This document shows positions 19,840-30,025 of a DNA stretch of 35,930 nt, in pieces; position 1 is the stretch's first letter, and the number at the start of each line of letters is the position of its first letter. Source of the stretch: a virus (taxonomy: Duplodnaviria > Heunggongvirae > Uroviricota > Caudoviricetes). Below the pieces are notes generated by a model. That model made no database searches. It was not told where the DNA came from and saw nothing but the letters and a program-made list of their open reading frames with translations. The stretch is taken from the IMG/VR virus record IMGVR_UViG_2671180986_000014; one strand, written 5' to 3'. Both the position numbers and the translations under genes were made by a program.

Positions 19840-20930
19840 TTAGCTGTCGGCGAACTTCAGGCCAGTGACCATCGCGCACTTGCCATAGTCTTCAACGACA
19901 TAAGCGTCATTGATGGACTGGTAGGTGGCGATGCGGTTGTATTCCGGTTCGTCTTTCATCAGACGACGCATTGAACCTTTCTGCCAGTAAATCGACAGGT
20001 TGTTGAATGAGGTGATCAGCATCGTTGCATCCGGGAAGAACGGTGCAAGGAACACACCCAGCCCGCCAATGGTGCGCGATGACAGGATGAGCTGCCCGGC
20101 AAGTAATTCCGCATTGGGATTCTGGCCGCTGATGCTGTTCAGCACTGGCAGACGCAGCGAGTTAAACAGGTTGCGCCCCATAATCACCACGAGGTCGTCA
20201 GCTTCCTTGTGCCATTCATCCAGNNNNNNNNNNNNNNNNNNNNNNNNNNNNNNNNNNNTCCTGTACCAGTGCATCAGGGTTCGCGTATTTACCCGCGTGC
20301 GCCACGGTGTTGTCCATGTTGCGGGAAGTCAGCGTCACGTCANNNNNNNNNNNNNNNNNNNNNNNNNNNNNNNNNNNNNNNNNNNNNNNNNNNNNNNNNN
20401 NNNNNNNNNNNNNNNNNNNNNNNNNNNNNNNNNNNNNNNNNNNNNNNNNNNNNNNNNNNNNNNNNNNNNNNNNNNNNNNNNNNNNNNNNNNNNNNNNNNN
20501 NNNNNNNNNNNNNNNNNNNNNNNNNNNNNNNNNNNNNNNNNNNNNNNNNNNNNNNNNNNNNNNNNNNNNNNNNNNNNNNNNNNNNNNNNNNNNNNNNNNN
20601 NNGTTCGCACTGGTATTTGCGGTTTTTCAGATCAACCACGTTATTCGGGTTACGGCGTTTTGTTCCGTCATAACTGGTATTTGTGCGTGCAATCGGTCCT
20701 GTGGTGTCCAGGAGGATTTTTTCGCCTTTCTGGTCGGTCACGCCGATCACGTTAATTCTTTTCGTAAACTCGGTGCTGTCCTTTGAGGCGTTTTCAAAAC
20801 GCTGCTGCACCGCGGGTTCCACGGTAAATCGCGATACCAGTGCAGAAACCGGGATATTGTTAAGCGACGCCTGCTGCGCCATATAGCAACCCAGCTTGTT
20901 GCGGGTAATATCTGACATCACCAGATTCAT
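19840..20930 (-). CDS. N: major capsid protein N (two N runs inside)
   Basis: FTVEP...KRINVIGVTDQKGEKI and C-terminal FFPDATMLITSFNNLSIYW...YVVEDYG resemble P2 gpN. Confidence 0.85.
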
Positions 20931-20953
20931 AAAAAATTTGCTCCTTTGTCTTA

Positions 20954-21822
20954 TCAGAAGTCAGCCAGCTGGTCGGAGGCTGCGCCCGTTGCGGTGAACC
21001 GGTTCTGCGGATCGCCGTCCTGCGTGCGCAGTTTTTCCTTCAGTGCTGTCAGCTCTGTGGTCAGTGACGTAATTTTCTGGCGGTCCTGCTGATGGCGGGT
21101 TTCCAGCACATTAAAACGGTCGATAATGTCGGCCTGTGACGTTGCGACGCCTTCCACCGCTTCCTGAATACGGGAGAAACTGGCGTCATCCGCTTTGCGG
21201 CCACGACCAATAATCCCCATTACGCGGTTAAACCACTGGGTGCCTTCTTCCTGGCGTTGTTCTGCCATTTCGATGATTTCAGACTCGATGGCTTCGGAGA
21301 TAAGCGGTGCTTCACCCTGGATACTGTTGAACGTCATCACCGCCTGACGTTGCTGTGCCGTGAATTTCAGGCGCTCAGTGCCCAGGCTTGCCGGGGTGTC
21401 GGTCATCGCCAGCCCGACCAGATAGGCGCGCCCGTTAACGAAGAACTGCGGGTGCAGTTCGATACTGGAATAGATTTTCTTGCCGTCAGCGACAAGCTGC
21501 TTCATGCGCTCGGTCGGTTCGATTTCTGCATACAGCGCAGTACGTCCAGCCAGCGGGCCTTCCGTAATATCTTCCGTACTCAGCGCGGTGACATCGCCCA
21601 TTGCGGAAAATTCGCTTGACGGGCATGGNNNNNNNNNNNNNNNNNNNNNNNNNNNNNNNNNNNNNNNNNNNNNTCAACGTTCACGCGGGCAGCGTAAACA
21701 TCCGGGTTGAAGTTCTCGGCGGCTTCACGCAGATGTACCGGGCTGATTTCGCGGCCATCAACAGTTGATCCGGAGACAGCCACGCGAAACTTTTTGCGGG
21801 ATGTTTTTTTTTCATTAGCCAT
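20954..21822 (-). CDS. O: capsid scaffolding protein O (45-N run causes an apparent frame break)
   Basis: N-terminus MANEKKTSRKKFRVAVSGSTVDGREI and the downstream part resemble P2 gpO. Confidence 0.85.
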
Positions 21823-22833
21823 AGTTTTTGCCCNNNNNNNNNNNNNNNNNNNNNNNNNNNNNNNNNNNNNNNNNNNNNNNNNNNNNNNNNNNNNNNNNNN
21901 NNNNNNNNNNNNNNNNNNNNNNNNNNNNNNNNNNNNNNNNNNNNNNNNNNNNNNNNNNNNNNNNNNNNNNNNNNNNNNNNNNNNNNNNNNNNNNNNNNNN
22001 NNNNNNNNNNNNNNNNNNNNNNNNNNNNNNNNNNNNNNNNNNNNNNNNNNNNNNNNNNNNNNNNNNNNNNNNNNNNNNNNNNNNNNNNNNNNNNNNNNNN
22101 NNNNNNNNNNNNNNNNNNNNNNNNNNNNNNNNNNNNNNNNNNNNNNNNNNNNNNNNNNNNNNNNNNNNNNNNNNNNNNNNNNNNNNNNNNNNNNNNNNNN
22201 NNNNNNNNNNNNNNNNNNNNNNNNNNNNNNNNNNNNNNNTGCATGATGGCCAGCCGGATGTGATGGCCGCAGGAAAGANNNNNNNNNNNNNNNNNNNNNN
22301 NNNNNNNNNNNNNNNNNNNNNNNNNNNNNNNNNNNNNNNNNNNNNNNNNNNNNNNNNNNNNNNNNNNNNNNNNNNNNNNNNNNNNNNNNNNNNNNNNNNN
22401 NNNNNNNNNNNNNNNNNNNNNNNNNNNNNNNNNNNNNNNNNNNNNNNNNNNNNNNNNNNNNNNNNNNNNNNNNNNNNNNNNNNNNNNNNNNNNNNNNNNN
22501 NNNNNNNNNNNNNNNNNNNNNNNNNNNNNNNNNNNNNNNNNNNNNNNNNNNNNNNNNNNNNNNNNNNNNNNNNNNNNNNNNNNNNNNNNNNNNNNNNNNN
22601 NNNNNNNNNNNNNNNNNNNNNNNNNNNNNNNNNNNNNNNNNNNNNNNNNNNNNNNNNNNNNNNNNNNNNNNNNNNNNNNNNNNNNNNNNNNNNNNNNNNN
22701 NNNNNNNNNNNNNNNNNNNNNNNNNNNNNNNNNNNNNNNNNNNNNNNNNNNNNNNNNNNNNNNNNNNNNNNNNNNNNNNNNNNNNNNNNNNNNNNNNNNN
22801 NNNNNNNNNNNNNNNNNNNNNNNNNNNNNNNNN

Positions 22834-23731
22834 CTGCGCAAGGTGGCTGGCGCTATGGCAACCCTCAGCGGACTGCGGCGCACCTACTTCTCCACGCCAT
22901 CCACCGAAACGCACGAGGCATACGCCTACTGGAACGGCGACCGCTGGAACGAGAAAAAGGCCACGCATAAACGCCAGCGTTTTTCTGTGGACTGGAAAAC
23001 GCTGCATAACGGGCTTATCTGCCCTGACCGGACGTGGCGGCAAATTGTCACGCTGGAAGATGTGGTTAATCACGGCTGGAAACACACCGATATCGACGAA
23101 ATTCGTGATGAAAACACCGAAGACGAGTTCCGCAATCTCTATATGTGTGAGTTTGTCCGCGAAGGGGAATCGGCATTTAACCTGAATATCCTGATTGGCT
23201 GCGGTGTTGATGGATACGACGACTGGAAAGACTGGAAACCTTTTGCTCCCCGCCCGATGGGGAATCGTCCGGTATGGATTGGGTATGACGCAAACGGCAG
23301 CAGTGNNNNNNNNNNNNNNNNNNNNNNNNNNNNNNNTGGAAACGGCGACAGCGGCGCTGTGTCCGTGGTGGTTCCTCCGGCTGTTCCTGGTGGCCGTTTT
23401 CGAACGGTGGAGACACGACGCGTTCAGGGGCTGGAGTTTGAAGAACAGGCCAGAGTCATTGAAGAGTTCACGTGTCGCTACAACGTGGAACACATCGGCA
23501 TTGATGCGANNNNNNNNNNNNNNNNNNNNNNNNNNNNNNNNNNNNNNNNNNNNNNNNNNNNNNNNNNNNNNNNNNNNNNNNNGAAACGGTTTTTCCCTGC
23601 TGCCATCCCGTACACCTTCACGCTGTCATCAAAACGGTCGCTGGTACTGAAAATGCTGCAAATAATGCGTGCCGGGCGGTGGGAATACGATCGCGCCGAA
23701 CGCGAGCTGGTCGCGGCCTTTAACGCCGTGC
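22834..23731 (+). CDS. P: terminase large (ATPase) subunit P, visible C-terminal nuclease-domain part; 5' two-thirds masked
   Basis: VWIGYDANGSS...GDSGAVSVVVPP acidic motifs typical of terminase nuclease domain; divergent from O. Confidence 0.65.
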
Positions 23732-24026
23732 NNNNNNNNNNNNNNNNNNNNNNNNNNNNNNNNNNNNNNNNNNNNNNNNNNNNNNNNNNNNNNNNNNNNN
23801 NNNNNNNNNNNNNNNNNNNNNNNNNNNNNNNNNNNNNNNNNNNNNNNNNNNNNNNNNNNNNNNNNNNNNNNNNNNNNNNNNNNNNNNNNNNNNNNNNNNN
23901 NNNNNNNNNNNNNNNNNNNNNNNNNNNNNNNNNNNNNNNNNNNNNNNNNNNNNNNNNNNNNNNNNNNNNNNNNNNNNNNNNNNNNNNNNNNNNNNNNNNN
24001 NNNNNNNNNNNNNNNNNNNNNNNNNN

Positions 24027-24990
24027 ATTCACTTTTGATGGTCCTTATCGCCTGACCGGGCATGATTTGCTGGACAATATGTACTGTGCTGATAACGGGC
24101 GGTGGTATGAAACCCCGGTGGACTGGTACGGTCTGGCAAGAGCCGCCCGGCAAACGTCCTGGCATCAGTCTGCGCTTTACTTTAAGCGCAATGTATTGCT
24201 CGGTTGCTACATCCCGCACCCGCTGCTTTCCCGGCAGGATTTTTCGGCGCTGGCGCTGGACTGGTTTGTGTTCGGTAACGCATTCCTTGAGCTTCGAAGC
24301 AGTATGCTCGGCGAACCGCTTAAATTACGGCACGCCCTGGCGAAATACATGCGACGCGGAAGCGATCTTGAATCATGGTGGTATGTGCAGGATGGTAAGG
24401 ACGCGTTTCAGTTTCGCCCTGGCAAAGTGTGCCACCTGATGAACCCGGATATTAACCAGGAAATCTACGGCATGCCGGAATATCTTGGCGCGTTACTCTC
24501 GGCCAGCCTGTCTCATTCGGCGGACATGTTCAGAAAACTGTATTACGACAACGGATCCCATGCCGGGTGCATCATCTACATCGGTGCAGCGCAGGTAAAC
24601 CGCGAAAGCATGGACTCCCTGAAAGAAACGCTACAGGGTGCACGTGGTGGTGGTGCGTTTAAAAACGTGCTCATTCATGCGCCCAACGGGGGCAAAGAGG
24701 GGGTGCAAATTTTGCCGTTCCAGCAGATCACTGCAAAGGATGAGTTCATGAATGTGAAGGCGGCATCCCGTGATGATGTGCTGGCTGCGCACCGCGTTCC
24801 GCCGCAACTGATGGGGGCGATGCCGGGCGAAAAAAGTGCGTTTGGTGATGTGGAGAAGGCCGCGCGGGTTTACGCAATTAACGAGCTGATGCCCGTTATG
24901 GAGGCCATGAAGCACATCAATGACTGGCTTGGCGAAGAGGTGATCCGCTTTAACTCTTATGCTCTTCTTGATGAAAAAACAGCCCCGTGA
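24027..24990 (+). CDS. Q: portal protein Q, visible C-terminal ~320 aa; start masked
   Basis: in frame to TGA 24988-24990; length and position match P2 gpQ. Confidence 0.75.
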
Positions 24991-25009
24991 TGGGGCTGTC
25001 CTTTTTACC
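24974..25009. terminator. bidirectional rho-independent terminator shared by Q and the convergent gene
   Basis: A6 - cagcccc - gtga - ggggctg - T-tract; both stop codons lie within the structure. Confidence 0.7.
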
Positions 25010-25529
25010 AGAGTTGAACCATTTTCTGGGTGCCGTCAGGCTTGAGATTATCAATTTCAGAGAGAACGTAATATTGAATGGCTTCACAAACGGTGGTGTA
25101 TGGTGAATTACCTTCTTTAAGTGGCACGATATTATTATTAACGCGAACCTGTATTTCATCGTTATACATTGCGATCGAAAGAGGAGTATGCACGAACGCG
25201 ACTTCGCCAGGTGTGTCGTCAACTACTGTCTCAATGCTAAAAGTCAGTTTTCGCTCATCATTGCTGCCCCGTGCTTTGGGGGTAGCGGCAGGGATCTGGG
25301 ATAAAGGCATTCTGCGAAATCCGTCAGCCGCTTCCAGTCCGCATGAAACGTAATGCTGGTGATTACCGTCGCTATCCGTCCATGTCTGTGATGGCAGATC
25401 CAGCGAGATTTCATAAGCATCAACAATGCCCTGGGCAAGGCGTACAAGCGGGGTCAGATCTTCATTGCGGCGAAAACTCTCCTTTACCTGCTCTCGTTTT
25501 TCTCGTAACTGCTTGTAATTAATGACCAT
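25005..25529 (-). CDS. hypothetical protein, paralog 1 of a tandem pair (174 aa)
   Basis: GGAGG ribosome-binding site before ATG 25527-25529; shares YE..L.LPS..W.D.DG..H.YV..GL with paralog 2. Confidence 0.6.
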   Translation of the reverse strand: MVINYKQLREKREQVKESFRRNEDLTPLVRLAQGIVDAYEISLDLPSQTWTDSDGNHQHYVSCGLEAADGFRRMPLSQIPAATPKARGSNDERKLTFSIETVVDDTPGEVAFVHTPLSIAMYNDEIQVRVNNNIVPLKEGNSPYTTVCEAIQYYVLSEIDNLKPDGTQKMVQLW

Positions 25530-25630
25530 AAGACAGCCTCCAGTGATTTCTTTGCTCGTATTTTGCGCTTATGAAGTGTGGTCGGCAAGGTGCCGCATCA
25601 CTGACGCGCTTCGCTTGTCTGCTGCTTCGC

Positions 25631-25719
25631 CGGGGCATAAANNNNNNNNNNNNNNNNNNNNNNNNNNNNNNNNNNNNNNNNNNNNNNNNNNNNNNNNNNN
25701 NNNNNNNNTTTATGCCCCG
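25631..25719. repeat. 11-bp inverted repeat (cggggcataaa / tttatgccccg) flanking a 67-N run between the paralogs
   Basis: read directly on both sides of N 25642-25708. Confidence 0.6.
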
Positions 25720-25734
25720 ACTCTCCAGCTCTGT

Positions 25735-26238
25735 TTAACGAAGTGCTGATGGCGCGCGCTTTTTCAGGTGATTAGCGATGTGCTTTTTCACATGCATAAC
25801 AACATCGCCCCAGGCTTCTTCACTGGGTTTATTGATAAATACGCGAACAGAAATATCGTCTTCCACCCGGACTCTCAGAGACACCCGTTCCGCATCCACT
25901 GAATATAATTCAAGTGCAATAACCACGCTTACGGGGTAGCTGCAATCAGATGACTTAACCCAGGTTCGCACGGCCATGCGAAAAATATTGTCTGGTGTAG
26001 ATGCGATATTGTGGACTGAAAGCGGACTAAAATCCGCTGCCGTCTTACATGGCAAGCCTGTCTCCACGTAGCGGTGCAGGTCGCCATCATCGTCTTCCCA
26101 GTACATGGATGGAAGCCCCAGCCATTCTTCATAGAAATCAATCAGCCTTGCTGCTTCATCCCGCAAAATTTGCGCTGCCTCAGCGCGTTTTTCTTCAGCT
26201 TCACGATTGATCTGGCATAAATCATTAAAGTGGCTCAT
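25735..26238 (-). CDS. hypothetical protein, paralog 2 (167 aa from ATG 26236-26238)
   Basis: AAGAGGA ribosome-binding site before the internal ATG; track start further upstream is not supported. Confidence 0.6.
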   Translation of the reverse strand: MSHFNDLCQINREAEEKRAEAAQILRDEAARLIDFYEEWLGLPSMYWEDDDGDLHRYVETGLPCKTAADFSPLSVHNIASTPDNIFRMAVRTWVKSSDCSYPVSVVIALELYSVDAERVSLRVRVEDDISVRVFINKPSEEAWGDVVMHVKKHIANHLKKRAPSALR

Positions 26239-26659
26239 GACATTATCCTCTTTTGAGTTGATGCCTGCCGCTATTCTGGCTTTGCCCGAACCCCCCTGCA
26301 AGCTGGTTATTCCATCAGATAATTTCACAACATCTCCAGCCCTGTAGCCATTATCGCCGGGCTGGTACTTACGTAACCCCGCAGTGCTGACTGCATGTTT
26401 CTCGCTGCCTCAGTGCGATTTTGACGGTCTTACCTTTCAGCCCATCAAATCAGAACCCCTCACGTCTTTTTCACGCTCAGCGTGAGAAATACAGCCATTC
26501 TGTTGTGTCGCTGCGACATCGTTCAGGGAATGCTATTTACCCCCTGAAACGCGGGCTGTTCCCCCGTCACCTGCGCGCAGAAAAAACGCGTTTTTTTGTG
26601 CACGCACGGATCCTTGACGGATCCAGTCGCCACGCGGGCCGGAAGGGTAAAAAGTTGTT

Positions 26660-26706
26660 CAAAAAAATTGTGCAAATTTGTGCACTATTGTGCGGTGTAT
26701 AAAATG
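26660..26706 (+). promoter_or_regulatory. candidate phd/doc promoter-operator: three TTGTGC repeats at 10-bp spacing followed by a TATAAA-like -10
   Basis: TTGTGC at 26668, 26678, 26688; gtataaaat at 26696-26704; TTGACG -35 candidate at 26614. Confidence 0.3.
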
Positions 26707-26767
26707 AAAATATGGCGGTGTTATTACTGCCCAACAAGCCGTTATACTTACGTTATGGGCGTGCATA

Positions 26768-27124
26768 ATGGAAATGAATATGAAAACTGTAACTGATGAT
26801 GAATTTCGTGAGAACCTGAGTGAAATTCTGGATTACCTTTCTTCCGGTGGCAGTGTCGTTATCACGGCGCAGGGAGGGAAGGATGTTGTTCTTGCTGGTT
26901 CTGATCTTAGTCCTGAAATACGGGCTGTCCTTGGCAAAACCAAAAAACTGCGGGATCAAATAAACAAAATGAAGCAACCACTCTTAATAAATGCAGTGAG
27001 AGATCTGGAAAAACGTCATCCAGCTCTTGTCGCACAGAGAAAAAAAGGATTGTCTTTTGAAGATGCAATGAAGCGTACAAGAGAAAAACATGCGGATATC
27101 ATTAAAAAGCTTGAGGATAACTGA
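26768..27124 (+). CDS. Phd/YefM-family antitoxin with C-terminal extension
   Basis: N-terminal region (FRENLSEILDYL...VVITAQGGKDVVLAG) has the Phd/YefM pattern; stop overlaps doc start (TGATG). Confidence 0.65.
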   Translation: MEMNMKTVTDDEFRENLSEILDYLSSGGSVVITAQGGKDVVLAGSDLSPEIRAVLGKTKKLRDQINKMKQPLLINAVRDLEKRHPALVAQRKKGLSFEDAMKRTREKHADIIKKLEDN

Positions 27125-27531
27125 TGGACATAGTGTTTTTGTCAAAAGAACAAGTAGAACGTATCCATGCTGAAACTTTACCCCAGAGCGGAAATGCCAA
27201 TGACGGGCTACTTGAAGGTGCTTTAAATCGCGTCAGGACACTACACTACTATGAAGGGGTTGATGATATTCATGCTCTGGCTGCTATGTATTTGATTGGT
27301 ATAGCCAAGGCTCATGCCTTTCATGATGGGAATAAACGCACAGCTTTTCAGGCTGCATCAATATTTTTAATGATGAACTCTTCCGAACTTTCAAACTCCC
27401 TGCTGCTGGTTAAATTAACGGTGTTTTCAGCAATGGGGATAGCTACCCTTGAGGAAGTTACCTTTGCTTTGAAATTGCTGTCTGATTATGGCAATGAATT
27501 AATCAGCGACTACGAAGAAGATTATATTTAA
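27124..27531 (+). CDS. doc: Doc (death-on-curing) toxin, Fic/Doc family
   Basis: Fic/Doc motif HAFHDGNKRTAF; 135 aa; translationally coupled to the antitoxin. Confidence 0.8.
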   Translation: MDIVFLSKEQVERIHAETLPQSGNANDGLLEGALNRVRTLHYYEGVDDIHALAAMYLIGIAKAHAFHDGNKRTAFQAASIFLMMNSSELSNSLLLVKLTVFSAMGIATLEEVTFALKLLSDYGNELISDYEEDYI

Positions 27532-27697
27532 TGCTGGCATACTCTGTCGTGTTAAGACAACAGCCTTTGCGGAGACAGGGCAGGGTGCCAGACTTGCCCG
27601 CAGCGCGTCTGACATGAGCAGTTATTCATCTTTTTTATTGTTTTTCTCCATGCAGGGCGACAGTGCGCCCCGATAAAATTAAAAGCCGTCAAATTCG

Positions 27698-28033
27698 TCA
27701 TTCATGCGTTTTTTCTTCATGGTCTGTCACTTCTCTCCTGATAACTTCATTGCACAAATCAACGCACTCATTGCAGATGTAAACAGACGGTCCGGCAATC
27801 ACCTTTGTGACTTCGTACTGGGATTTATTGCAGAAGCTGCAATAAATCGTCTCCTCACCTGAAGTCCATGTTTTGCTGGTTTCGCCAGACATCAGTTGTT
27901 TGAGGTCTTTTTCACGACGAAGAACTATCTGGCCACATTCAGCTATTTTTTGGATGTTGACATTTTCTTCTTTCGCCAGCGCTTCCATCCGCTCAATCAG
28001 TCGCTGCGCTTTTTCTCTGTCAATGCGTTGCAT
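27698..28033 (-). CDS. small protein with C-terminal ClpX-type C4 zinc-finger domain and N-terminal helical region
   Basis: [38 protein letters not shown] closely resembles the ClpX N-terminal zinc-binding domain; AAGGGGG ribosome-binding site. Confidence 0.7.
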   Translation of the reverse strand: MQRIDREKAQRLIERMEALAKEENVNIQKIAECGQIVLRREKDLKQLMSGETSKTWTSGEETIYCSFCNKSQYEVTKVIAGPSVYICNECVDLCNEVIRREVTDHEEKTHE

Positions 28034-29034
28034 TGTGTCCCCCTTGTTTATGTTCCCGGGTTAAAGTCATCAGGGCGGATGCGCCCTGATGTTGTGTTAT
28101 TCGGGAAATAACGCCCGGATATTTCCGGCCATCTGACTGGTTATCTGTGCGGTTGATACTGGCTGTGACGCGGGGCGTTCTGTCCTGGTTTGTGTCACTG
28201 ATAACGCTTCATCANNNNNNNNNNNNNNNNNNNNNNNNNNNNNNNNNNNNNNNNNNNNNNNNNNNNNNNNNNNNNNNNNNNNNNNNNNNNNNNNNNNNNN
28301 NNNNNNNNNNNNNNNNNNNNNNNNNNNNNNNNNNNNNNNNNNNNNNNNNNNNNNNNNNNNNNNNNNNNNNNNNNNNNNNNNNNNNNNNNNNNNNNNNNNN
28401 NNNNNNNNNNNNNNNNNNNNNNNNNNNNNNNNNNNNNNNNNNNNNNNNNNNNNNNNNNNNNNNNNNNNNNNNNNNNNNNNNNNNNNNNNNNNNNNNNNNN
28501 NNNNNNNNNNNNNNNNNNNNNNNNNNNNNNNNNNNNNNNNNNNNNNNNNNNNNNNNNNNNNNNNNNNNNNNNNNNNNNNNNNNNNNNNNNNNNNNNNNNN
28601 NNNNNNNNNNNNNNNNNNNNNNNNNNNNNNNNNNNNNNNNNNNNNNNNNNNNNNNNNNNNNNNNNNNNNNNNNNNNNNNNNNNNNNNNNNNNNNNNNNNN
28701 NNNNNNNNNNNNNNNNNNNNNNNNNNNNNNNNNNNNNNNNNNNNNNNNNNNNNNNNNNNNNNNNNNNNNNNNNNNNNNNNNNNNNNNNNNNNNNNNNNNN
28801 NNNNNNNNNNNNNNNNNNNNNNNNNNNNNNNNNNNNNNNNNNNNNNNNNNNNNNNNNNNNNNNNNNNNNNNNNNNNNNNNNNNNNNNNNNNNNNNNNNNN
28901 NNNNNNNNNNNNNNNNNNNNNNNNNNNNNNNNNNNNNNNNNNNNNNNNNNNNNNNNNNNNNNNNNNNNNNNNNNNNNNNNNNNNNNNNNNNNNNNNNNNN
29001 NNNNNNNNNNNNNNNNNNNNNNNNNNNNNNNNNN

Positions 29035-29489
29035 CCAGCCGGAATGGATTCAGGCATAACCCGTACGTTACGGATAGTAAATGCTTCGCTGTTCTGGTAC
29101 TCCACCGGGCGCATAACGTTCGCTTTTTTGCGGCTGATGTTGGCCATGTCCGGCTGTGCGTTTGTGTCGAAATACTCGCTCAGTGGCAGGGTGACAACCA
29201 CATCCACCTCCTGTGGCGTGATGCCTGATTTGACCAGCGCGTGATGAATGGCAATGACATTCACATCGCTGTACTGGTATTGCGTGTCGGTCGTCTGGAC
29301 AAAGCGATCGCTGACCGGATCAAAACCATAGCGCACGCCATCAAGCATGTAGTTCGCGGGCTGCGTGCCACCGAACGGCGCAGACCATTCCGACTTGAAG
29401 CTGTTCGGGCTGATGGCGTTGCGGCGTTCGCCGTTCTCAGTCCATGCCAGCTTGATGTTGGTGGAGCCGTCGTCGATACAAATTTTCAT
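29035..29489 (-). CDS. parM: ParM/StbA-family actin-like partition ATPase, visible N-terminal ~150 aa; rest masked by 820 N
   Basis: MKICIDDGSTNIKLAW...SPNSFK...YSDVNVIAIHHAL...VMPESIPA tracks plasmid R1 ParM closely; AAGGAAAA ribosome-binding site. Confidence 0.8.
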
Positions 29490-29520
29490 GTCGCTTTTCC
29501 TTATGTTGATTAATTAATCG

Positions 29521-29632
29521 TTTACAGGATTTTTAAATCCCGCTTTTGCCTGTTTTGTGCGCGCTTCATATATCGCGGCACGTTTTTTGCTCATTTACGG
29601 GATTTGTGAATCCCGTTTCTGTCTGTTTTTTG
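29521..29632. repeat. two ~39-bp hairpin-containing direct repeats (73-bp period) upstream of parM; parC-like centromere candidate or replication-origin structure
   Basis: tttacaggatttttaaatcccgcttttgcctgttttgtg and tttacgggatttgtgaatcccgtttctgtctgttttttg. Confidence 0.5.
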
Positions 29633-30025
29633 TTTCCACTGGTCAGGCTACCCCGCAGCAGGTCTGCTTTGCGGTGGGCGCGTTCAGTGGTTTCACTGAT
29701 TCTCTGTGCGTGCTCTGTGTCGCGGATGGCGCGCAGCATGTCAGAAAGCACGGTAACGGGTGTTTTCATGGTGTTCTGGTCCTGCTGAAGTGTGGATGCC
29801 AGGCGTGCGGCGGCTTCAGGGTCTGATGCCCCCAGCTGCGCCAGATAGCTGGCGACCGGGTTATGGCGGATCTCCGTGCTGCTTACGCCGTGATTACGGC
29901 TCAGGCGCTGCCAGAGCTGCGTGATTCGGCTGTCCGGGCGGGTATCCGGTTTGCGTACAATTTCAAATCCCTGCGGTGCAATGATGCTGCCGTCAACGTA
30001 CAGACTGCCGCCCCGTAACAGGTGC
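29566..30025 (-). CDS. CDS fragment of uncertain identity (C-terminus of A or a separate gene; 5' end masked)
   Basis: 153 in-frame codons to TGA at 29566-29568; the last codons overlap the second hairpin repeat. Confidence 0.35.

Noticed and set aside
21580-23493. 637-aa minus-strand ORF and 400-aa ORF 21681-22883
   Set aside because: Antisense to terminase P and mostly X residues from masked sequence.
22843-24990. Single 715-aa plus-strand ORF spanning terminase and portal
   Set aside because: Continuity exists only through N runs; the content corresponds to two genes, P (nuclease-domain end) and Q (portal).
24991-26767. P2-type cos site near Q
   Set aside because: The cohesive-end sequence as I remember it is not present in visible sequence; it may be masked, so no call was made.
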